Shown here in pieces: positions 8,402 to 15,499 of a DNA stretch of 64,000 bases. The stretch's first letter is position 1. Every line of letters begins with the position of its first letter. Source of the DNA: Oscillospiraceae bacterium (GTDB lineage Bacteria; Bacillota; Clostridia; Oscillospirales; CAG-272); NCBI GenBank assembly GCA_015063325.1, contig SVUK01000004.1, positions 75,825-139,824 of the forward strand. Reading direction: 5' to 3'. The position numbers and the translations under genes are program-made. The notes beneath the pieces were generated by a model, which saw nothing but the letters and a program-made list of their open reading frames with translations, ran no database searches and had not been told where the DNA came from.

Positions 8402-10138
8402 TCAGGGATTGGCAAGCATCGAAAGACGATAGATTCGGGCGGCGGAATCTCCGGTCACATTGAACACAAACCGCAAAAAGCGAAACCGTCCCATATTCAT
8501 GCTGTATTCAAAATACAAAGGAACGTCGGTTTGCCTGTTAACGACCGAGCAAGGTCGGCTCCGACTGTCGGTTTGCGTAATGATAATCAACTGTTGACCG
8601 CCCGTATCGGCACAAACAGTTGTCCGAATGGCTCTTTTGAAGTCCTCCGGCGAAGAAAAGGCGAGGTACTGACTGTAATAATTTGCCGTCACCGGCTCTC
8701 CGCTGTCAGAATAGGAGGTTTCATCGGGAACGAGAAGCGCTCCGTTCATCGTCCCGAATCCAATCGTGCCGTCCAGCTCAAAAAATCCGGTAATGTAGAG
8801 ATTGCTAAAGCAGTACCATTCTTTTTGGTCGCGCTTGTAAACCCATACCAGCCCCTCGTCGGCTTCGGTCGGATCGCGCATCCAAAGTTCGCTTCGTCCC
8901 GGGAACCAGGCAAGAATACCGTTTTGTAAAACGGAAGGCGGCAAAAGCTCAATTATTTCTTGGGAGAGTGATTCGGAAAGACAAATATCCGATTCGCCGG
9001 AAGGAAAGCGCAGTTCAAAAATTCCGCTGTTCTGAATGGTAACGGGATGGTTGCCGCAAAGCGTCCATCCGCCGGGCGAAGAGCAGCCAACGCCGCCTTC
9101 CAAGGGATAGGAGATCAGTTTATCGCCCGAAAATTCAAGTGCCCATGCAAAACGATCGTTCAAAGCGATAATACGGTTGCGGTCGCGAAAAACAGCGTGA
9201 ATTGGATGCGCGGAATCGGTAAGAGAAAAAATATTTTCCAAAGGGAAATAAAGGGGTTCTTCAACGGTTGAGAAAACGCGATTGCATTCTTTCATCATTT
9301 CATTGCTTACGGGAGCGGAATAGGCGATTTGCTGTTGACTTGTCCCTCCGTAAAGCAGGACGATAGAGCGGTTTGCGTCGGCAACTAAGAGAGATCCGGC
9401 AAGACCGGCAATCGAGCTGCGATGATTGTATGTCGAGGGAAGCGTCAGAGCAACCGAGAGTATTCCGTGGGCATGTTGCTGCGGAATCGAAAAGGAGGTT
9501 GATCCCGGAACATAGGAATTGGGCGTAATTGCAACGCCGTCTACTTCCACGCGATCAAGCGAGAGGGCGCCGAAGGGCAACCGAAAAGTCGTCGCATTCA
9601 CACTGTTGTCATACCGAATCCGAATCCTGGTACAGAGCGCGTTAAACGGTTCGTTTACCGGTCCCATGTTTGAAGGGCTCCAGCAATCGCCGTAAAGAGG
9701 CGCATAGCCGAGCGCAGGGACGAAAGAGTTGGATGCGGAAGCGGATAAAGTGGTAAAACGGTAAATATTGTTTCCGTCAAACAAATAAAGCGTTCCGCCA
9801 AAGGGCATAAAGGAAACGTTTCCGGTTGGGGAACCGGGCAGCTGCTGCCGCAAGGTCGGTTCGCTTTGTCCGTCCAGTTTGATATAGACATTTGCCCCGG
9901 CAACAATAATCAAATAATCAACTCCATGGAGCGCTCCATGCCATACGCCGCGAATCGTCATTCCGAAATCATAAAGCGTTTTGGTACCTGTTCGCTTTTC
10001 CAGAGAACCGTCCGAGGAAATGCGAAAATTCCGCATTTCGGAAGCGCTTGCCCCGGTCAGTGCCGAAGTACGACGAATTCCGCCGAAACGGGTAATGGTA
10101 ATTTTTTCGCTTGCTTTTTCGGGCTTGATTTTTGCCAT
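8402..10138 (-). CDS. Phage-block protein of unknown function, 578 aa (putative virion structural protein)
   Basis: ATG 10138 is preceded by AAAGGAGAAAAAA. The longer 8402..10459 ORF would overlap terL and lacks an SD. The protein is Gly/Ser/Thr/Asn-rich, looks beta-rich, and has no motif I recognise. Confidence 0.5.
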   Translation of the reverse strand: MAKIKPEKASEKITITRFGGIRRTSALTGASASEMRNFRISSDGSLEKRTGTKTLYDFGMTIRGVWHGALHGVDYLIIVAGANVYIKLDGQSEPTLRQQLPGSPTGNVSFMPFGGTLYLFDGNNIYRFTTLSASASNSFVPALGYAPLYGDCWSPSNMGPVNEPFNALCTRIRIRYDNSVNATTFRLPFGALSLDRVEVDGVAITPNSYVPGSTSFSIPQQHAHGILSVALTLPSTYNHRSSIAGLAGSLLVADANRSIVLLYGGTSQQQIAYSAPVSNEMMKECNRVFSTVEEPLYFPLENIFSLTDSAHPIHAVFRDRNRIIALNDRFAWALEFSGDKLISYPLEGGVGCSSPGGWTLCGNHPVTIQNSGIFELRFPSGESDICLSESLSQEIIELLPPSVLQNGILAWFPGRSELWMRDPTEADEGLVWVYKRDQKEWYCFSNLYITGFFELDGTIGFGTMNGALLVPDETSYSDSGEPVTANYYSQYLAFSSPEDFKRAIRTTVCADTGGQQLIIITQTDSRSRPCSVVNRQTDVPLYFEYSMNMGRFRFLRFVFNVTGDSAARIYRLSMLANP

Positions 10139-10254
10139 ACTTTTTTCTCCTTTCTTTAGGATTTTGAGAGGACAGTCGCCGACGCACGGAAGAAAAGCCG
10201 GTACACGGAAGAAAATCGGCGCTGTCCGGAGGATTTTATAACCGATGGCGGCGG

Positions 10255-11577
10255 TTATAAAAGTCCTCTTTTGGGAGGGGAAAGAAAATGAAAGTTTCGG
10301 TCGGGAATTTCCTCGGCACAATAGTTTGCGTATCGGCTCATCGCGGCGTAGCGCAAAGCCTCGGGGGCATGCGTGACCGCGTGGGGTTCGCCCGAAGCGT
10401 CTTCCGGCGTGCCTGCGTCGCAAAGAAGAGCCGGCAAACAGCGAATCAGCTCCCGGCAATCGGCGCTGACGCGCAGATACGGACCTTCCCCCGGCGAAAG
10501 ATATTGCCGAAGGATTCTCCAGCCGGGAACACGGCGGTTATCGGCGGCGGACATGGGCGGCATTCCGGGAACCGCCTGCATGATTTCAAAACCGCTTCTG
10601 CCGGTGTCCTGCCGGCGGTTCCAAAGGTCGGGGGAGGCGACCACGTATTCAACGGCTTGTCCGCGGCAAAGTTCCGAGACCGCCAAACCTGCGTCGCGCA
10701 AGGTCAGCCCCGGGCGGCAGACCTCCCGAAGAACAAACAGATTTCCGAATTCATCCACACCAAGAAGCAGAGCTGCCAGCATATCGAACCCGTAGTCCAA
10801 AGCCGCAAAACGGCGAATTTCGACAGGTATTTCGGTTGGTGAAATAACGTGAACATCTGTTTGAAATTCGGGAAAAAACTGTCCCTCAAAAACGTCCCAT
10901 CTGCCTTCCAGCCATGCCTCGCGGAGCTTTTTGGGCAGACTTTCCAGCTGTCGGATATAGTCGGGATCGGCTTTTTGGAGGACGGGGTTGTCCCAAACGC
11001 GCGCCGGAATAAAGCGGTAGTCATCGGGGTTTTCGTTGGAGTGAAACGAACGGTCAACAAACAGCCGCTTGACCCATGCGTGCCCAACGCCGCCGGGATT
11101 GCAGGTCAAATACATTCTTCGGGGAAAGTCATGAGCGCCTCGCAGACAGGCCTTAAAAATAGAAAACTGATATTCGCTCAGTTGCGTTGCCTCGTCGATG
11201 GCGATAATGTCAAATTCCTGCCCCTGATACCGCAAAACGTCGCGGTCAGCCGAGCAAAAGCCGAGAGTGATTGAACTGCCGTTTGGGAGCGTGAGCCGCT
11301 TTTCGCTCTCGTGCCAAAGGAGAGCGCCGCCGTATTCGGAAAGAAGAGGAAGAAGATGGTTTTGCCGAAGCTCTCCAAAGGAGCGCCGCACCAAAAGACA
11401 GCGAATACCGGGGTAGCGCAGGCAAAGCCCCATCAGCTTGCGCCGGAGCGCCCAGGATTTTCCGCCCCCACGCGCGCCGCCGTAGGCGGTGTAGCGCGCT
11501 TTCGAGGCAAAAAACTTCTTTTGCTGATCGTTGGGAACGCCCGGAACGCGCAAAATTTTGCAGTCCGGCGCCCTCAT
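10255..11577 (-). CDS. terL: Phage terminase large subunit
   Basis: Walker A-like YGGARGGGKSW, Walker B FDIIAIDEATQ, a C-terminal nuclease-domain layout, and an ATGA overlap with terS. Confidence 0.9.
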   Translation of the reverse strand: MRAPDCKILRVPGVPNDQQKKFFASKARYTAYGGARGGGKSWALRRKLMGLCLRYPGIRCLLVRRSFGELRQNHLLPLLSEYGGALLWHESEKRLTLPNGSSITLGFCSADRDVLRYQGQEFDIIAIDEATQLSEYQFSIFKACLRGAHDFPRRMYLTCNPGGVGHAWVKRLFVDRSFHSNENPDDYRFIPARVWDNPVLQKADPDYIRQLESLPKKLREAWLEGRWDVFEGQFFPEFQTDVHVISPTEIPVEIRRFAALDYGFDMLAALLLGVDEFGNLFVLREVCRPGLTLRDAGLAVSELCRGQAVEYVVASPDLWNRRQDTGRSGFEIMQAVPGMPPMSAADNRRVPGWRILRQYLSPGEGPYLRVSADCRELIRCLPALLCDAGTPEDASGEPHAVTHAPEALRYAAMSRYANYCAEEIPDRNFHFLSPPKRGLL

Positions 11578-11966
11578 TCTCCGTCCTCGGCAATGTCGTG
11601 CTCAAACACCAGCCGCACCTCGCCGCAGTCTGCCGACGAGGAGCCGCCGGCTTGCTTTTCGCCGTAGGAGAGCCGCCGCTTCAGATACGCCCCAACGACC
11701 GTCGGGGAGAGGATCGGCGAGTTGAGCGCTTCGTCTTCCATCACGGTAATAAGATAGTCCACCGCTTCGGGATTGGAAAGGCGCAGGTTTTCAAGGGATT
11801 CCATACCGTAACCCATCCAGCGGCAAAAGCCGGCAAGATTGGGGAACCGACCGCCCTTTTTCTCCTCCGCCTTCCGGCAGAATTTCAGGTAACGGCCGAT
11901 CAGCTTCGGGAGCCGACCGGATTCTGCCGCATGTTCCAAACTTTCGGGAATTTTCTTTTTCGGCAT
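11574..11966 (-). CDS. terS: Phage terminase small subunit
   Basis: HTH-like PNLAGFCRWMGYGMESLENL typical of TerS proteins. The gene is translationally coupled to terL. ATG 11966 is preceded by AAAGGAGAA. Confidence 0.68.
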   Translation of the reverse strand: MPKKKIPESLEHAAESGRLPKLIGRYLKFCRKAEEKKGGRFPNLAGFCRWMGYGMESLENLRLSNPEAVDYLITVMEDEALNSPILSPTVVGAYLKRRLSYGEKQAGGSSSADCGEVRLVFEHDIAEDGE

Positions 11967-12040
11967 TCGTTGCTTTCTCCTTTCTTTCCAAAATTGCCGG
12001 AGTTTTCCTTCCGTGCAAACGCATTCTACCCCAATTCTTT

Positions 12041-12075
12041 GTGCCAAACCGTGCCATTTGTGCCACTTTGTGCCA
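12041..12075. repeat. Four phased direct repeats of GTGCCA (spacing 10, 9, 10 bp) upstream of terS
   Basis: GTGCCAaacc GTGCCAttt GTGCCActtt GTGCCA at 12041, 12051, 12060 and 12070. Confidence 0.9.
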
Positions 12076-12229
12076 TCTTTCGCACAATCTTCGTCGCATT
12101 TCGGTGTTGCTCCTGCTCGTCCGGCTCGGCGTACGTAATGTACGCCGTCGCCTTGCCTCGTGCGGTGCGCCTTGAACTGCTTGAACCTTGTGCGAAAGCA
12201 CGTTTTGGAAGGGAAGAGGAATATGCAGA

Positions 12230-12270
12230 GGGGCGGGAGGACTTTCTTGAAAGAAAGAACCTCCCGCCCC
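12230..12270. repeat. 41-nt near-perfect GC-rich palindrome or hairpin in the non-coding region upstream of terS
   Basis: GGGGCGGGAGG-a-CTTTCTT-ga-AAGAAAG-aa-CCTCCCGCCCC. No flanking T-run on either strand. Confidence 0.85.
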
Positions 12271-12361
12271 CTGCACCACCACCCACCAAAAGAACTTGAC
12301 CATTTTTGAAAGTGGTTCTGCTCATTTCTGATGAAAGGATAGAAAGCAAAGCAATTTTTGC

Positions 12362-12397
12362 AAAAAAATAACCGGAGAGAGGGGCTCTCTTTCCGGC
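12362..12397 (-). terminator. Intrinsic terminator of the XRE regulator gene
   Basis: On the minus strand an imperfect hairpin CCGGAAAGAGAG-cccc-TCTCTCCGG is followed by TTATTTTTTT, 16 nt after the stop. Confidence 0.7.
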
Positions 12398-12412
12398 TAC
12401 TACATCATTTTT

Positions 12413-12628
12413 TTATTGGTTTTCGCTTATTTCCGGGATATAAGTTGCAATTTCGGATAAATCGCAATTCAAAATCGTGCAAAGTGCGTTCAGCGTGTAG
12501 GTGTTGACGTTTTCATTTTTGCGAAGGCGATCCAATTGACCTGTGCTGATCCCATATTGATGAATAAGTTTATATTGTGAAATCCCTTTTTTTCGTAAGG
12601 TTTCCCACAATTTTGTATAAACAATCAT
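12413..12628 (-). CDS. XRE/Cro-type helix-turn-helix transcriptional regulator (71 aa)
   Basis: LWETLRKKGISQYKLIHQYGISTGQLDRLRKNENVNTYTLNALCTILNCDLSEI is a canonical short HTH_XRE protein. The gene is AT-rich. Confidence 0.85.
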   Translation of the reverse strand: MIVYTKLWETLRKKGISQYKLIHQYGISTGQLDRLRKNENVNTYTLNALCTILNCDLSEIATYIPEISENQ

Positions 12629-12680
12629 ATTATAACCTTCTCTTTTTTTGATAGTTCCATTATAAAATGATGTTTAATAC

Positions 12681-12709
12681 TTGACAATTGCCCGTATTCG
12701 GGCTATAAT
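12681..12709 (+). promoter_or_regulatory. Consensus sigma-A promoter with a palindrome in its spacer
   Basis: TTGACA (12681-12686), a 17-nt spacer containing GCCCGtattCGGGC, then TATAAT (12704-12709). It drives the lipoprotein gene and is divergent from the XRE gene. Confidence 0.8.
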
Positions 12710-12758
12710 GGTAAATGAGTTTGAATAAAGCTCAAAAAAGAAAAAAGGAGAGAAACAA

Positions 12759-13301
12759 ATGATGAGAAAATTTATTAACATTGCAATTTTGCTGATCGTT
12801 GTAATTATGCTCTTTTCGGCGTGCGGAAATGTTGTTTCTGAAAAATCTCGCACTACTGACGGGAAAGAAAACATGAAAATAGAACATATTGATTACTTAG
12901 GTATTGGAACTTACAGTAGTCATATCGTTGTAAGCGGTTATCCTGCATATATATATCGAGTGTCAGGCGCTTCAATTGATGAATTTTCACCTTGGTATAA
13001 TTCAAATCTTGATACATTTGTTCCAAGCGATGTTTATTATGTGGTTAGTACATCAAAAAGCAATATAGACGAAGAAATTTCTTTTTCTATTCAAGGGGCT
13101 TCCCTAAAGGGATTTGTAAAAGCGATTGAAGAATTTACAATCCAAAAAGAAGATAAAGGGGAAACATTTATTATCTCTTATTACAGCAGTTCTTCTTATG
13201 CTTCGGCATTTAAGAGCAAAGAAGATGCGGAAAAGCAGATAAAAAATACAAAGAGAACAGTGGAAATATCAAAAGAGAATGTGATTATTTTTTACGAATA
13301 A
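12759..13301 (+). CDS. Orphan lipoprotein, function unknown
   Basis: Signal peptide plus lipobox (LLIVVIMLFSAC). SD AAGGAGAG. AT-rich. No other motif recognised. Confidence 0.7.
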   Translation: MMRKFINIAILLIVVIMLFSACGNVVSEKSRTTDGKENMKIEHIDYLGIGTYSSHIVVSGYPAYIYRVSGASIDEFSPWYNSNLDTFVPSDVYYVVSTSKSNIDEEISFSIQGASLKGFVKAIEEFTIQKEDKGETFIISYYSSSSYASAFKSKEDAEKQIKNTKRTVEISKENVIIFYE

Positions 13302-13332
13302 TAAATTTCAAGTTTTTAGAAATGGGGAGAGC

Positions 13333-13378
13333 GCGAGAGGGGAGAAACCTTTTCCCAAAAAGGTTTCTCCCCTCTCGC
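13333..13378. repeat. Palindromic element copy A (bidirectional terminator-like hairpin)
   Basis: GCGAGAGGGGAGAAACCTTTT-ccca-AAAAGGTTTCTCCCCTCTCGC. Homologous to 55379-55425, including the purine- and pyrimidine-rich flanks. Confidence 0.85.
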
Positions 13379-13392
13379 GGTCTTCTTCCTTC

Positions 13393-13878
13393 TCACTTCT
13401 CAAACCCCTGCACAAACCCACTTACATCTGCCGAGCAGATGTCGCCGCCGATGACGCGGTTACGATAGACGAGGACGTTTGCAAGAACGGTTCCGTCGTA
13501 GTCGGGATAGTTGGTGATGGTGAAGGTGTAGCGCGTTACGTCCTTGCCCATATATTTGGAAAGGTCGAGCCCCTGCGATTTTTGAAGCTCGTTGTAGGCG
13601 GCATAGATCTTGTCAAATTCGGAAGGAATGGTCACCGTTTGCACCTCGGTCGGCTCGGCGTCCACCGTCCAGCCGAATTGGGCAAGGAAGTTGGCGGCGT
13701 CGCCGGAGGAGCGTACTTTGTCGTAGGAATACTGCGCCGTTTGATCGGCGGCGGTCTGCGAAACGGTGCCGGACGTGTAGGTGGGAACAAAGGCGATCAG
13801 CGCAATGAGAACGGTCAGGGCAACGCAAACAACGCCAACCAGTTTCAGGGTATTGGCGCGAAGAGAATAGATAAACAT
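13393..13878 (-). CDS. DUF4830 domain-containing membrane-anchored protein
   Basis: N-terminal TM helix, then FLAQFGWTV..PTEVQTVTIPSEFDKIYAAYNELQKSQGLDLSKYMGKDVTRYTFTITNYP..VIGGDICSADVSGFVQGF, which matches the DUF4830 pattern as I recall it. ATG 13878 follows GGAGG. Confidence 0.72.
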   Translation of the reverse strand: MFIYSLRANTLKLVGVVCVALTVLIALIAFVPTYTSGTVSQTAADQTAQYSYDKVRSSGDAANFLAQFGWTVDAEPTEVQTVTIPSEFDKIYAAYNELQKSQGLDLSKYMGKDVTRYTFTITNYPDYDGTVLANVLVYRNRVIGGDICSADVSGFVQGFEK

Positions 13879-13955
13879 AAAAACGCCTCCGGATTTCGAT
13901 ATCGTAGTGTTAAACGATATGAAAGCCGGAGGCATTTTATGCCAAATGGCGGATT

Positions 13956-15395
13956 TTAATATTGTCTGCCCCAAATAAGCATATGTTTTGCAGGTTTTCC
14001 GCAGCAAACGCAAACGTCGGAAAGGTGATCCTCATGTTCGGGAATGCAACGGGATTTCACGCCGCCCGTCGCGTCCTTGATCTTCTCCTCGCATTCGGTT
14101 TCGCCGCACCACATGGCGCGAATGAAACCGGATTTGTTTTGGGCAATGTCCAAAAATTCCTCGTAGGAGTGCGCGTCGTAGGTGCGGGCGCGCTGATTTT
14201 CCAGGGCACGGTTGTAAAGCTCGTCGTGCACCGATTTGAGCGCTTCTTCCACAGCTTCCGCAATGCCGTCCAGCGAGACGAACTTCTTTTCGCGGGAAAC
14301 GCGGCTGACCAACACGCAGGAGTTGTTTTCAATGTCGCGCGGACCAATCTCCAGGCGGAGCGGAACGCCTTTCATTTCGTACTGGCTGAACTTCCAGCCG
14401 GTGGAGTAGTCGCTGTCGTCCAGCTTGACGCGGAACTTTTTGGCAAGCAGATCTCGCAGCTCGGCGGCTTTCTCCAAAACGCCCTCTTTGTGCTGCGCAA
14501 CCGGAATGATGGCAACCTGAATGGGCGCAACGGCAGGGGGAAGAATCAGACCGTTGTCGTCGCCGTGGGTCATGATGATGGCGCCGATCATACGGGTAGA
14601 AACGCCCCAGGAGGTCTGGAACGGGTAGCGCACGGTGTTGTCACGGCCGGTAAATGTAATATCAAACGCTCTTGCAAAACCGTCGCCGAAGAAATGCGAG
14701 GTGCCGCCCTGAAGGGCAACGCCGTTGTGCATCATCGGCTCAATGGTGTAGGTTTCCACCGCGCCGGCAAACTTTTCCTTTTCGGTTTTCTGACCGGTAT
14801 AGGCAGGAATGGCAAGCGATTCAGCGTAAAAATCGCGGTAAACGTCCAACATCCGGCGCGTCTCCTCGCGCGCTTCCTCCTCGGTTTCGTGCATGGTGTG
14901 ACCTTCCTGCCACAGGAACTCGGAAGTCCGCAGGAAGGGACGGGTAGTCTTCTCCCAGCGAACCACGTTGCACCATTGATTGTAGAGCTTGGGCAGGTCG
15001 CGGTAGGATTGAATCACGTTGCGAAAATGCTCGCAGAAAAGGGTTTCGGAGGTCGGGCGAACGCAAAGACGTTCGGCAAGCTGATTTTCGCCGCCAACCG
15101 TCACCCAAGCGCATTCGGGCGCAAAACCTTCCACGTGGTCTTTCTCTTTCTGCAAAAGACTTTCGGGAATAAACATCGGCATATAGACGTTTTCGTGTCC
15201 CAACGCCTTAAACCGGGCGTCCAGATCACGCTGGATCGCCTCCCAAATGGCGTATCCGTAGGGGCGGATGACCATGCAGCCCTTTACGCCGGAATAGTCG
15301 GCGAGCTCGGCTTTTTTCACAACGTCGGTGTACCATTGGGCAAAATCCACGTCCATCGACGTGATCTGCTCCACCATTTTTTCATTCTTTGCCAT
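13956..15395 (-). CDS. proS: Proline--tRNA ligase (archaeal/eukaryote-like type with a C-terminal Zn domain)
   Basis: [35 protein letters not shown], class II aaRS motifs, and a C-terminal [16 protein letters not shown]. Confidence 0.92.
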   Translation of the reverse strand: MAKNEKMVEQITSMDVDFAQWYTDVVKKAELADYSGVKGCMVIRPYGYAIWEAIQRDLDARFKALGHENVYMPMFIPESLLQKEKDHVEGFAPECAWVTVGGENQLAERLCVRPTSETLFCEHFRNVIQSYRDLPKLYNQWCNVVRWEKTTRPFLRTSEFLWQEGHTMHETEEEAREETRRMLDVYRDFYAESLAIPAYTGQKTEKEKFAGAVETYTIEPMMHNGVALQGGTSHFFGDGFARAFDITFTGRDNTVRYPFQTSWGVSTRMIGAIIMTHGDDNGLILPPAVAPIQVAIIPVAQHKEGVLEKAAELRDLLAKKFRVKLDDSDYSTGWKFSQYEMKGVPLRLEIGPRDIENNSCVLVSRVSREKKFVSLDGIAEAVEEALKSVHDELYNRALENQRARTYDAHSYEEFLDIAQNKSGFIRAMWCGETECEEKIKDATGGVKSRCIPEHEDHLSDVCVCCGKPAKHMLIWGRQY

Positions 15396-15499
15396 GGTAA
15401 AAAATCCTTTCAAATTGGCTTACCATAATATTATAATCCCCCTGCGGCGTTTTGTCAAGAGCCGAAGGGGGAAACGAAGGGGAAGTTTTTGAAAAGAAT

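Larger units (their letters stand above)
4590..12047 (-). mobile_element. Phage-derived head-morphogenesis and DNA-packaging gene block (no tail, lysis, replication or integrase genes)
   Basis: Seven co-directional genes (terS, terL, 578-aa unknown, portal, scaffold, major capsid, 130-aa protein) with coupled junctions. The block is flanked by the core genes dusB and proS. Confidence 0.7.

Noticed and set aside
8402-10459. Long 685-aa form of the ORF, overlapping terL by ~200 nt
   Set aside because: The upstream part is Arg/Pro-rich, is out of frame with terL coding sequence, and has no SD. ATG 10138 has a strong AAAGGAGA and leaves a sensible intergenic spacer.
12041-12075. Sigma-54 promoter (on the minus strand the repeats read TGGCAC)
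   Set aside because: The GG...GC spacing obtained from adjacent TGGCAC copies is one nucleotide short of the strict -24/-12 TGGCACG-n4-TTGC geometry, and no TTGC(A/T) element is present. A repeat array is the more economical description.
13962-15428. 488-aa plus-strand ORF covering the whole proS region
   Set aside because: It is an antisense shadow ORF of a GC-rich, well-identified gene (proS on the minus strand). The translation is low-complexity and Gly/Ala/Val/Arg-rich, with no motif and no SD.
15396-15499. T-box or other riboswitch leaders upstream of proS (and of lysK at 31505-31572)
   Set aside because: The leaders are only about 100 and 70 nt long. They lack the T-box sequence (AGGGUGGUACCGCG-like) and have no terminator/antiterminator pair.
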